DNA of 35,025 nt, taken from positions 1-35,025 of the forward strand of contig CAJXNA010000001.1 of the NCBI GenBank assembly GCA_913056415.1, in the 5' to 3' direction. This document shows positions 17,557 to 25,954 of the stretch, one piece after another. Source of the DNA: an uncultured Chloroflexota bacterium (GTDB lineage Bacteria > Chloroflexota > Dehalococcoidia > SM23-28-2 > RBG-16-64-32). The notes beneath the pieces were generated by a model that made no database searches, had not been told where the DNA came from, and saw only the letters and a program-made list of their open reading frames with translations. Both the position numbers and the translations under genes were made by a program. Each line of letters starts with the position of its first letter. Positions within the stretch are counted from its first letter, which is position 1.

Positions 17557-18060
17557 GTGCTCCGCCAGAAGGCGAAGCGTGTCCCCTCCATCGACGGGTC
17601 TATCCGCAGGCTCATCGAGGACATGCTCGATAGCATGCGGGCGGCCAACGGCGTGGGCCTCGCCGCCCCCCAGATCGGCGTCTCCCTGCGGGTCATCGTC
17701 ATCGATCTGCCGGATGAGGAGCCGCTCGTGCTTATCAACCCGGAGATCGTCAAGCGGTCGGGGGAGCGGAAGGTGGATGAGGGTTGCCTCTCGCTGCCGG
17801 GGTACCGTACGGAGAACCTCACCCGCTCCGTCACAGTCGTCGTCAAGGGACTCGATCCATCCGGACGCAAGGTTCGCGTCAGGGGTAAGGATGACCTGCT
17901 GGCCGAGGCGCTTGAGCACGAGATCGACCACATCAACGGCGTCCTCTATATCGACCGCCTGGAGAGCAAGGACGACCTGATCAAGATCGAGCCGCCGTCG
18001 AGCCCGGAAGGGGAGCCGGCGAAACCCTCCAGCGAGGCCGACTCCGGCGAGAGCGACTAG
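17557..18060 (+). CDS. def: peptide deformylase (true start probably upstream at ~17521, see findings)
   Basis: Motifs GVGLAAPQIG, EGCLSLPG and HEIDH. The GTG at 17557 is the first canonical start, but the conserved PIRIAGDPVLR N-terminal motif is encoded in frame upstream of it (17533-17565). Confidence 0.9.
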   Translation: MLRQKAKRVPSIDGSIRRLIEDMLDSMRAANGVGLAAPQIGVSLRVIVIDLPDEEPLVLINPEIVKRSGERKVDEGCLSLPGYRTENLTRSVTVVVKGLDPSGRKVRVRGKDDLLAEALEHEIDHINGVLYIDRLESKDDLIKIEPPSSPEGEPAKPSSEADSGESD

Positions 18061-18070
18061 CGAGGCTCGG

Positions 18071-19588
18071 ATGGCTAAGGTCAGCCTCGGCATCGGCGCG
18101 GACGCTCGGGATATACTGGCTGACCTGAAAGATTTCTTCAGCGGCCGGGGCGTGGAGGCGTACGTCGCGGGCGGCTTTCTCCGCGACGCCCTTCTGGGAC
18201 GCGACAGCCACGACGTGGACATCTCCATCGCCGGCGACCCCCTTGTGCTGGGACGGGAGCTGGCGGACGCCCACGGTGGCCACTACTTTCCGCTGGCCGA
18301 GGAGCAACGCGTGGCGCGCGTACTCCTCCCTCAGCGGAACGTGCATATCGACTTAATGCCCCTGCGGGCTGAGATCGAGGCTGACCTGAGAGAGCGCGAT
18401 TACACCATCGATGCCATGGCCGCTCCTCTGGCTGCGGCGGCGTCGGGAGAGGTGACGGTCATCGATCCCACCGGCGGGCTGAACGACCTGCGCGACCGCC
18501 TGGTGAGGGTGATCCGTGAGGACGCCTTCCGCCACGATGCTCTACGCCCCCTGCGGGGGGCGCGCCTGGCTACGGAGCTGGACTTCACGCTGGAGCCCGG
18601 GACCGTGGAGCTAATTCGGCAATACGCGCCGCGGCTGCCGGAGGTGGCCGTGGAGCGACAGCGAGACGAGCTGATGCGCATCATGGCCACTCCTCGCGCC
18701 GGTACAGGAATGCGCTTGCTGGACGATCTCGGCCTGCTGGAGCAGCTGCTGCCGGAGATGACGGACACGCGCGGCGTGGAGCAACCCAAGGAGCACTATT
18801 GGGACGTGTTCGACCACTGCCTGGAGACGGTGCGAAACCTGGATATCCTCATGTGCGAGGAGGAGCCGGGAGACCGTCACTGGCGCACGCTCTGGCGGGA
18901 GCTGTGGGGCCAGCTCGCCTGGTGGACGGAAGCCCGCGACTACTTCCGCGAGGAGCTGCTCGCCGAGAGGCCGCGCCTGGCGGTGCTCAAGCTGGCCGGT
19001 CTCCTGCACGACATCGCCAAGCCGGAGACGAAGACGTTCGACGAGACCGGCAGGATGCGTTTCTTCGGCCACGCCGATGCGGGCGCGGACAGGGCGGGCC
19101 ATATCCTCCGGCGGTTCCACTTCTCGGCGCGAGAGGTGGCGCTGGTGCAGACGATGGTGCTGGCCCATCTGCGTCCCGTCCAGATGGGCCAGCAGGGGCC
19201 TCCCACCCGGCGCGCTCTTTACCGCTACTTCCGTGATTGCGGGGACGCAGCGATCGGGACGCTGTTCCTTTCACTGGCTGACCATCTGGGGACGGTAGGG
19301 CCCCGCGTCAGCGCATCGGACTGGCGCCAGCACGTAGCGTTGGTACACTATATACTCACGAAACGGTTTCAAGAAGAGGAGAGTATCTCCCCACCTAAGC
19401 TGATGGGCGGAGACGAGTTGATGGCAGAGCTGAACCTTTCGCCCGGGCCTCTCATCGGGCGCCTCCTGGAGACGCTGCGGGAGGCCCAGGCCGCCGGCGA
19501 GATATCGAACCGGGAGGAGGCGCTGGCCCTGGCCCGGTCGTCGCTGGCGCAGGAGACGTCGGGCCAGCCTGTTGAGGGAGAAGCTTAG
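18071..19588 (+). CDS. cca: CCA-adding tRNA nucleotidyltransferase / poly(A) polymerase family protein with C-terminal HD domain
   Basis: 505 aa. Nucleotidyltransferase signature GGFLRDALLGRDSHDVDI, RDYTIDAM, and an HD-like LLHDIAKP...FGHA. Confidence 0.8.
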   Translation: MAKVSLGIGADARDILADLKDFFSGRGVEAYVAGGFLRDALLGRDSHDVDISIAGDPLVLGRELADAHGGHYFPLAEEQRVARVLLPQRNVHIDLMPLRAEIEADLRERDYTIDAMAAPLAAAASGEVTVIDPTGGLNDLRDRLVRVIREDAFRHDALRPLRGARLATELDFTLEPGTVELIRQYAPRLPEVAVERQRDELMRIMATPRAGTGMRLLDDLGLLEQLLPEMTDTRGVEQPKEHYWDVFDHCLETVRNLDILMCEEEPGDRHWRTLWRELWGQLAWWTEARDYFREELLAERPRLAVLKLAGLLHDIAKPETKTFDETGRMRFFGHADAGADRAGHILRRFHFSAREVALVQTMVLAHLRPVQMGQQGPPTRRALYRYFRDCGDAAIGTLFLSLADHLGTVGPRVSASDWRQHVALVHYILTKRFQEEESISPPKLMGGDELMAELNLSPGPLIGRLLETLREAQAAGEISNREEALALARSSLAQETSGQPVEGEA

Positions 19589-19589
19589 G

Positions 19590-19916
19590 ATGGCAGTCTG
19601 GGTGCTGGCTCTAGCCTATCCGGCGCTGATAGCGCTGCTGTTCTACTTCGCCTTCCTGCGGCCGGTGCAGCGGGAGCGGGCGAAACAGCGGCGAGAGCTG
19701 GCCGATCTCCAGGTGGGGGACGAGGTGCTGACCCAGGCCGGCTTCATCGCCGTGGTCAGGGAGATACGAGTGCCGGAAGAGCGGGGGCCGACGGAGGTGA
19801 TCCTGGACCTGGGCGGGCTTGAAGTGCGCGCCTACGCTTCGGCGATAGCGCAGAGGCTTCCGCAAGCGGAGCAGGTGATCAAGGAGGAGACGGCAGTGGA
19901 ACAGGGGCAGAGGTAG
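19590..19916 (+). CDS. yajC: preprotein translocase subunit YajC
   Basis: MAVWVLALAYPALIALLFYFAFLRPVQRERAKQRREL...VGDEVLTQAGFIAVV is a YajC pattern. I prefer ATG 19590, which is preceded by GAGGGAGAAG and lies 1 nt after the cca stop, over the track's TTG at 19572. Confidence 0.85.
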   Translation: MAVWVLALAYPALIALLFYFAFLRPVQRERAKQRRELADLQVGDEVLTQAGFIAVVREIRVPEERGPTEVILDLGGLEVRAYASAIAQRLPQAEQVIKEETAVEQGQR

Positions 19917-19919
19917 CCG

Positions 19920-22451
19920 ATGCGTAACCGGATAAACTGGATAACCCTGGCCTTGGTGACGGTGCTTACTGTGTTTTCGGTCATCGTAGTGTGGCCGGAC
20001 ATGCCCAAGCGCTACCTGCCCGACTTCATCGACTGGCCGTCGGGTAACGGTTTGAACGTCTTCGGCCTGGAGCGCCGGGAGATGAAGCTGGGGCTAGACC
20101 TCAAGGGTGGCACCTACGTGCTGCTGGAGGCGGATACCAGCCGTTTGGCGCCCGGTACGGACATCGGGGATGCCCTGGAGGGCGTGAAAGACGTCCTGGA
20201 GCGTCGCGTTAACGCCTTCGGCGTGTCGGAGACGGAGATCACCCGCGAAGGGAGCAACCGGCTGGCCGTGCAGATTCCGGGGATCGATCCGGATGAGGCG
20301 CGGGAGCTCCTGGGTAAGACCGCCCAACTGGAGTTCCTCAAGCCGGTCAGAGACGACGCGGGAGACATCGTCTGTGAGGCGGCGGACGGCAGCGAATTCT
20401 CCGTAGCGCCTCAGCAGGTCACCACAGTTACGATCGATGATCGGAGGGTGTCCCAGTGCCTGGGTGAGGCTGGGGTCGGTGATGTCGTATGGGAACCGGC
20501 AACGGGGACTGACAGTCAGGGCGAAGAGAGGGTGCTGACGGGAAGCTTCCTCAAGGCCAACTCTAGGGTAGAAGGCCCGCCGCCCACAGTTGTCATAGAG
20601 TTCACCGGCGAGGGCAGCCTGCTGTTCGAGCAGATCACCACCGAGCTCGTCGGCCTGCCCCTGGGCATCTTTCTGGACGAGGAGCTCGTAGGTGCACCCA
20701 TCGTGAACCAGCCCATCACCGGCGGCAACTCCACCATCACCGGCCTGGAGTTCGACGAGGCGCGCACGCTGTCGATCCAGCTCAACACCGGTGCCCTGCC
20801 GGTGCCTCTGCGGGCGATCCAGGAGACGGAGGTTGACGCCACCCTCGGTGACCGTGAGGTCGTCCGTACGGTGCAGGCGGGGCTCATCGGCTTGCTGGCC
20901 GTGATGGTGTTCATGGTGCTGTACTACCGGCTGCCGGGCGTGCTGGCCGCGTTGGCCCTGGGCATCTACATCTCCGTGGTTCTGATGATATTCAAGGTGG
21001 GGCCGCCCATCATCGGGCCGATCACGATCACCCTGTCCGGTATTGCCGGGTTCGTGCTATCGGTGGGTATGGCGGTGGACGCCAACGTCCTTGTGTTCGA
21101 GCGGGTCAAGGAGGAGCTGCGGGCGGGACGCAACCTGATGGCCGCCATAGAGCACGGCTTCAACCGGGCCTGGACGGCTATCTGGGCCAGCAACGTGGCG
21201 ACCCTGATTACCTGTGTCATCCTCTACTGGTTCGGCGATCGGTTCAACGCGGCGCTCGTACAAGGATTCGCCATCACTCTGGGCATCGGAGTGCTGGTGA
21301 GCATGTTCACGGCTCTGACAGTGACGCGCACGTTCCTGCGGCTGCTGGTGGGATCGCCGCTGGCGCGGAACCTGGCCCTCTTCGGCGTCAAGCCGGAGGA
21401 AGGGGGCATCGAATCGGCTGCCGTTGGATCAGTTCCGGACGGGCTACCCCGTAGGGCGCGGAGGGGGGAGGTCCGCGGCTGGAGCCTGGACTTCGTCAAG
21501 CGGCGTGGCTTCTACTACGCGCTCACAGCGGTCATACTGGTGCCCGGCATCGTCTCCCTGCTCATCTCGCCCTCGCTGAGGCCGGGTATCGAGTTCAGCA
21601 GCGGCGCCACCTTCACCGTTCAGTTCGAGGACGAGTCCGTGGGACCGACGGACGTGCGAGAGGTGCTGGCGGATCTGGACCACGAAGAGGCGCGGATTCA
21701 GGGGACGAGCGACGGCGGCTTCATCATCCGCACCGCCGAGCTGGAGGGGCTGGCTGGGCCGCCCGTTGGGCCGGCGCCCCCTTCGGAGCGGGACGAGATC
21801 GAGGCGGGCCTCGAGGAGGCGTTAGGCCCGTTCCAGCTGACCAACTTCAGCCAGGTGTCGGAGATAGTATCCACGGGGATCGCCCGCGATGCGGCGATCG
21901 CTGTCATCGTGGCCGCAGGGGCTGTTCTGCTGTTCATCCTATGGTCGTTCCGCAACGTGCCCAAGGCTCACCGTTACGGCATCGCCGCTATCATCGCCGC
22001 CGGCCACGACGCCCTGATCATCCTGGGCGTATTCTCCATCCTAGGTAAGCTGTTCGGCACCGAGATCAATACGATGTTCATCGTCGGCCTGCTCACGATC
22101 ATCGGCTTCAGCGTTCACGATACGATCGTCGTGTTCGATCGCATCCGCGAGAACACATCGATGAACCCGGATGCGCCCTTCGTCGAGGTGGTCAACGTCA
22201 GCCTTACGGAGACGCTGGCGCGGTCCCTCAACACGTCCGTCACACTGCTTTTCACCATCGTCGCCCTCCTGATCCTGGGAGGCTCAACCATCCAGAGCTT
22301 CCTGCTGGTGCTGCTGATCGGGGTGATCGCGGGCACCTACAGCTCCATCTTCCTCGCCAGCCAGATACTCGTCTCCTGGGAGGAGGGCGATTTGGCTGGC
22401 CTGTGGCGTCGCCTCATACCGTGGCGGACTGCCCCCGCGCCGGAGACGTAG
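19920..22451 (+). CDS. secDF: fused protein-export membrane protein SecDF
   Basis: 843 aa. SecD-like N-terminal half (LKLGLDLKGG, periplasmic domain, six TMs) is joined by a linker to a SecF-like half (second TM bundle, FSVHDTIVVFDRIREN). Follows yajC as in the yajC-secD-secF operon. Confidence 0.93.
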   Translation: MRNRINWITLALVTVLTVFSVIVVWPDMPKRYLPDFIDWPSGNGLNVFGLERREMKLGLDLKGGTYVLLEADTSRLAPGTDIGDALEGVKDVLERRVNAFGVSETEITREGSNRLAVQIPGIDPDEARELLGKTAQLEFLKPVRDDAGDIVCEAADGSEFSVAPQQVTTVTIDDRRVSQCLGEAGVGDVVWEPATGTDSQGEERVLTGSFLKANSRVEGPPPTVVIEFTGEGSLLFEQITTELVGLPLGIFLDEELVGAPIVNQPITGGNSTITGLEFDEARTLSIQLNTGALPVPLRAIQETEVDATLGDREVVRTVQAGLIGLLAVMVFMVLYYRLPGVLAALALGIYISVVLMIFKVGPPIIGPITITLSGIAGFVLSVGMAVDANVLVFERVKEELRAGRNLMAAIEHGFNRAWTAIWASNVATLITCVILYWFGDRFNAALVQGFAITLGIGVLVSMFTALTVTRTFLRLLVGSPLARNLALFGVKPEEGGIESAAVGSVPDGLPRRARRGEVRGWSLDFVKRRGFYYALTAVILVPGIVSLLISPSLRPGIEFSSGATFTVQFEDESVGPTDVREVLADLDHEEARIQGTSDGGFIIRTAELEGLAGPPVGPAPPSERDEIEAGLEEALGPFQLTNFSQVSEIVSTGIARDAAIAVIVAAGAVLLFILWSFRNVPKAHRYGIAAIIAAGHDALIILGVFSILGKLFGTEINTMFIVGLLTIIGFSVHDTIVVFDRIRENTSMNPDAPFVEVVNVSLTETLARSLNTSVTLLFTIVALLILGGSTIQSFLLVLLIGVIAGTYSSIFLASQILVSWEEGDLAGLWRRLIPWRTAPAPET

Positions 22452-22452
22452 T

Positions 22453-22821
22453 ATGCCTGTCGATTTCGTCGACCGCGAGATTGAGGTGCAACTGAGCGAG
22501 GATGAGGCGCCGGCGCCGCTGGCTTTCCGCCTGGGCTCGCGCGAGTACAAGATCGTCGAGCAGCTCGCCACCTGGGAGGACCACGCCTTCGCCGCGCTTC
22601 AGCGCGGCCGCGACTGGCGGCAACAGCAGCAGCGTCGCTACTACCGGGTGCGTACTGAGGAGGGTGAGGTGTACGAGCTTTACGCCGATTGGTCCCCCGG
22701 TCGGCGCCGCCGGAAGGGTGGGGCGCAAGGCACTCGCTGGTATCTGCACCGCCGCCTCAGCTCAGGGGCGGCCAGGGAGAAGCCCCAAAAAGCGGAGGCT
22801 CCGGAGCCGCCTAGCGGCTAG
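22453..22821 (+). CDS. conserved-looking hypothetical protein (122 aa), translationally coupled to secDF
   Basis: The ATG lies 1 nt after the secDF TAG. The sequence has a compact W/Y-rich core (YKIVEQLATWED...RRYYRVRTEEGEVYELYADW...RWYLHRR) and a basic/Pro-rich tail. I cannot name the family with confidence. Confidence 0.55.
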   Translation: MPVDFVDREIEVQLSEDEAPAPLAFRLGSREYKIVEQLATWEDHAFAALQRGRDWRQQQQRRYYRVRTEEGEVYELYADWSPGRRRRKGGAQGTRWYLHRRLSSGAAREKPQKAEAPEPPSG

Positions 22822-24685
22822 GGCCGCCCCTCAGCACCCGCTCGTCTCCGACGCGACGAGTGATGCGCTCCTGGTCCATGTTCTCCAGCAGCGCCTGGGC
22901 GTACTTGCGGCTGGTGCCCAGGAGGTCGCGCACCTGGGCCAGCGTCACCGTCTGCCTCTCCTTCAGGTGCGCCACTACCCGCTCTACCATCTCGCGATAG
23001 GCCTCCGAGGCGAACACGATCCCTTCGTCTACCCACACGATATCGCCGCGGTCTTCCAAGTACGAAAGCAGGTCGTCCTCATCCTTCGGCGCCGGCGGCG
23101 AGAACGGCTGAGCCCGCAAGGCGGCGAGGAGCTCCCGCGCACGCTTCTGCTGGCCGGCATCCGGGCGGGGCTCGTGCTCCGGATGGGAGACCCAGCCCCC
23201 AGCCTCCTTGACGTCGCCCCGGCCGGCCCAGAGCGCCACTAGCTGGTCGAACGCACGGCTATCCAGGCGCAGGCGGCTGCGCAGCTCCTCTCTGGGCATG
23301 CCCCGGCGGAGGGGAGACTGGCGGTGATACTCCGCGAGGGAGTCCGTCATTCGATCCGTGAGGGCCGCGAGCCCCGCCGCTGAAAACAGGAGCGTCCCCT
23401 CCGTCAGCGGCTGGCCATCCAGGGCGAGCAGGTCGCCCGACTCGATAGTCGCCTCCACCGCGCCGCGCACCTCGGCGGCGGCGAGGTCGAGGCCGCTGGT
23501 AAGCGCCCGTAGCGTCACCGGCTCCGAGGCGGCAACGGCCATGCGCACGACCTCCCCGGGCGAGCCGCGCTCCATCGCTTCCAGCTTGTCGATCGTGGCC
23601 TCGTGGAAGCGCCGATGGCGGCGTGCCTCCGTATCGACGACGCGACCGCCGCCCAGCGTATCGTTCGGGTCACGGATGACGAAGCGGTCTCCGTTCACGG
23701 CGGCGACCGGCGCGGCGAGGCGCACCTGGGCCCAGGCCGCCTCCCCCGGCGGCACTTCGTCCCGGTCCAGCAGGAGCAGGCGGCCCTCCACCTCCGCCGA
23801 GCCGGTGTGAAAGGTGACGGTGATGTTGTGACGCAGCGGGCGACGCAGGTAGCGGACGGTGTGCAGTCGCACATCCAGCACGGTGGCGGGCCGCAACCAG
23901 CCCGGCGCCGCCAGTACCATGCCCCGCTCCAGCTCCTCCACCGCCACGCCGGTCAGATTCACGGCCGTGCGCCGGCCCGGCGGCGCGACCTGTACCTTCT
24001 GCCCGTGCGTCTGTAGCCCTCGAATACGCGAGCGCAGCCCCACCGGCTGCACCTCAACCTCCTGGCCCACTCTGAACGACCCCGCAAGAAGCGTCCCCGT
24101 GACCACCGTCCCGAACCCGGTGATCGTGAAGGCGCGGTCGATGGGCAGGCGGGGCCGGCCAATGTCCCGCTTGGGCGGCGTCTTCGCCAGCTCCGATTGC
24201 AGCGTTGCCAGCAGCTCGTCAAGCCCCTGACGGCTGACCGCGGAGCAGAGCACGGCGGGCGCGCCCTCAAGGGTGGTGCCCCGCAGCGTATCCTCGGCGT
24301 CGGCGGCCACCAACTCCGCGAACTCAGGCTCTACCAGGTCGATCTTGGTGACGGCGATGACGCCGTGCTCGATGCCGAGAAGATCGATGATCGCCAGGTG
24401 CTCCCGGGTCTGCGGCATCACCCCCTCGTCGGCGGCGATCACCAGCAACGCCAGGTCGATGCCGCCGACGCCGGCCAGCATGTTCTTGATGAACCGCTCG
24501 TGGCCCGGTACGTCCACTATGCTCACCTCGTCCCCGTTAGGCAAGGTGAGCCAGGCGAAGCCGAGGTCTATGGTGAGGCCGCGCTCCTTCTCCTCGCGCA
24601 GCCGGTCGGGGTCGATGCCGGTGAGCGCCTGGACGAGCGCGGACTTGCCGTGGTCCACGTGTCCTGCGGTGCCGATGACGTACAT
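22811..24685 (-). CDS. selB: selenocysteine-specific translation elongation factor SelB
   Basis: 624 aa from ATG 24685: [23 protein letters not shown] (G1), DVPGHERF (G3), TKID (G4). EF-Tu-like domains II/III are followed by a long C-terminal winged-helix region (...[23 protein letters not shown]). The 733-aa track ORF is an upstream read-through (see findings). Confidence 0.9.
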   Translation of the reverse strand: MYVIGTAGHVDHGKSALVQALTGIDPDRLREEKERGLTIDLGFAWLTLPNGDEVSIVDVPGHERFIKNMLAGVGGIDLALLVIAADEGVMPQTREHLAIIDLLGIEHGVIAVTKIDLVEPEFAELVAADAEDTLRGTTLEGAPAVLCSAVSRQGLDELLATLQSELAKTPPKRDIGRPRLPIDRAFTITGFGTVVTGTLLAGSFRVGQEVEVQPVGLRSRIRGLQTHGQKVQVAPPGRRTAVNLTGVAVEELERGMVLAAPGWLRPATVLDVRLHTVRYLRRPLRHNITVTFHTGSAEVEGRLLLLDRDEVPPGEAAWAQVRLAAPVAAVNGDRFVIRDPNDTLGGGRVVDTEARRHRRFHEATIDKLEAMERGSPGEVVRMAVAASEPVTLRALTSGLDLAAAEVRGAVEATIESGDLLALDGQPLTEGTLLFSAAGLAALTDRMTDSLAEYHRQSPLRRGMPREELRSRLRLDSRAFDQLVALWAGRGDVKEAGGWVSHPEHEPRPDAGQQKRARELLAALRAQPFSPPAPKDEDDLLSYLEDRGDIVWVDEGIVFASEAYREMVERVVAHLKERQTVTLAQVRDLLGTSRKYAQALLENMDQERITRRVGDERVLRGGPSR

Positions 24686-24695
24686 GCCGATTCTA
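24635..24695. repeat. direct repeat copy A (selB -10-like hexamer, ATG and first 17 codons; functional copy)
   Basis: 61 nt matching 24810..24875, with 2 substitutions and a 5-nt indel between the copies. Confidence 0.9.
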
Positions 24696-24860
24696 CTTTG
24701 GGTTCCACCCCCGCGGACTGAAGTCCGCGGCTCTCTTTGAAAGCTTGTGGGCTGAAGTCTGCAGCTTGCGGTTGATGCCGCGTACTTTAGTGCGCGGTCT
24801 GATAACCATGAGGGCGGACTTGCCGTGGTCCACGTGCCCTGCGGTGCCGATGACGTACAT
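24693..24860 (-). pseudogene. truncated duplicate of the selB 5' end (17 SelB codons fused to 38 insert-derived codons, 55 aa)
   Basis: My translation from ATG 24860 is [17 protein letters not shown]|[38 protein letters not shown]. The stop TAG at 24695..24693 lies 7 nt upstream of the real selB ATG. The ORF is below the track's length cut-off. Confidence 0.4.
24711..24730. repeat. perfect 20-nt palindrome (8-bp stem, 4-nt loop) 25 nt upstream of the selB ATG
   Basis: CCGCGGACTGAAGTCCGCGG. The existence of the structure is certain; its function is unknown. Confidence 0.8.
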
Positions 24861-24875
24861 GCCGATACGATTCTA
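24810..24875. repeat. direct repeat copy B (duplicate of the selB start region)
   Basis: 66 nt: gagGgcggacttgccgtggtccacgtgCcctgcggtgccgatgacgtacatgccgatACGATtcta. Capital letters mark the differences from copy A. Confidence 0.9.
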
Positions 24876-24913
24876 GCATCGCCGCCATACCCTCTGATAA
24901 CATACGTCCCGTC

Positions 24914-25954
24914 ATGCCTCCCGTCGGCTACGTGTACGATCCGCTGTACTTGGAGCACGCGACGTCCGGCCACCCGGAGAGCCCGGCCCGCCTTCAGGCT
25001 GTCATCTCCCACCTGGAGGAGTCAGGGCTGCTGGGCCGGCTGACGCGGATCGAGCCCAGGGACGCTACCACGGCCGACCTTGAGCTGGTGCACTCGAACG
25101 ACCTGATCCAGCAGGTGCGAGGAGGGGCGGAGAGGGGCTACGCCTGGCTTGACCCCGATGCCTACATGGCGCCGCGCTCGTACGAGGCGGCGCTGCGCGC
25201 GGCGGGCGGCCTGCTGGCGGCCACGGACGCGGTGCTGGACGGCGAGGTTGGTTCCGCCTTCTGCCTGGTGCGGCCGCCGGGCCACCACGCCACCCCCACG
25301 CAGGCGATGGGGTTTTGCCTGTTCAACAACGTGGCCATCGCCGCCGCCCATGCCCTGGAGCGCCGCGGCCTGGAGCGGGTCGCCATCCTGGACTTCGATG
25401 TGCACCACGGCAACGGCACCCAGGACGCCTTCTACTCGGAGCCGCGCCTGCTCTTCGTCTCCACCCATCAGTACCCGTTCTATCCCGGCGGCGGATCCTG
25501 GTCGGAGACAGGGCAGGGTCAGGGAGAGGGAACGACGGTCAACCTCCCTCTGCCGCCGGGCTGCGGGCGCGAAGAATACCTGCGTTGCTATCGGGAGGTG
25601 GTTGAGCCGCTGCTGCGTCGCTTCCGGCCTCAGCTCCTCCTCGTCTCCGCGGGCTTCGACGCTCACTTCGCCGACCCGCTGGCGCAGGAGTTGCTGGACA
25701 CCCGCGGCTACTACGAGATCGCTGCGCTGCTCAAGTCGCTCGCCGATGAGCTGTGCCAGGGTCGCATCGTTTGCACCCTGGAGGGCGGCTACGACCACAC
25801 GGCGCTGGCCTGGTCCGTGCGCGCCTGCATCGATGCGCTGCTGGGGAACGAGTTCGCCCAGGACCCGCTGGGCTCGGCGCCTGTCGTCCCCGGGCCCGAC
25901 ATCGACGCGCTGCTGGCGGCGGTCAAGCGGGCGCACGGGCTGGGGGACGGCTAG
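24914..25954 (+). CDS. histone deacetylase-family (class II HDAC / AcuC / acetylpolyamine amidohydrolase-like) deacetylase
   Basis: 346 aa. HPESPARL, RPPGHHA and DFDVHHGNGTQ zinc/active-site motifs, plus EGGY near the C-terminus. Confidence 0.9.
   Translation: MPPVGYVYDPLYLEHATSGHPESPARLQAVISHLEESGLLGRLTRIEPRDATTADLELVHSNDLIQQVRGGAERGYAWLDPDAYMAPRSYEAALRAAGGLLAATDAVLDGEVGSAFCLVRPPGHHATPTQAMGFCLFNNVAIAAAHALERRGLERVAILDFDVHHGNGTQDAFYSEPRLLFVSTHQYPFYPGGGSWSETGQGQGEGTTVNLPLPPGCGREEYLRCYREVVEPLLRRFRPQLLLVSAGFDAHFADPLAQELLDTRGYYEIAALLKSLADELCQGRIVCTLEGGYDHTALAWSVRACIDALLGNEFAQDPLGSAPVVPGPDIDALLAAVKRAHGLGDG

Noticed and set aside
19572-19589. TTG 19572 as the yajC start
   Set aside because: It overlaps the end of cca. 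ATG 19590 has a purine-rich RBS and gives the usual YajC N-terminal TM helix directly.
24638-24730. Possible tRNA-Sec (selC). The palindrome apex contains UCA in selB sense. An 8-bp pairing CGCGGACT/AGTCCGCG can be drawn between 24722-24729 and 24638-24645, spanning ~93 nt, which recalls the 8-bp acceptor stem and length of tRNA-Sec.
   Set aside because: The even palindrome gives only 4-, 6- or 8-nt loops, never a 7-nt anticodon loop. There is no D-arm, no T-arm (no GTTCRA-type loop), no long variable arm and no discriminator/CCA context. The 8-bp match simply reflects the repeated GCGGACT motif lying inside the selB coding sequence.
24686-25012. N-terminal 109-aa extension of selB in the 733-aa track ORF
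   Set aside because: SelB homologs begin at the [16 protein letters not shown]-loop. The extension reads through the insert, takes a frame-shifted pass over repeat copy B, and overlaps the HDAC gene start on the other strand. It is open only because of the high GC content.
25951-25954. Convergent overlapping stop codons (CTAG shared by HDAC and hemW). Similarly, selB and the 122-aa ORF overlap by 11 nt at 22811..22821.
   Set aside because: This is real, but it is a common consequence of a compact genome. There is no terminator or antisense-regulation evidence beyond the overlap itself.
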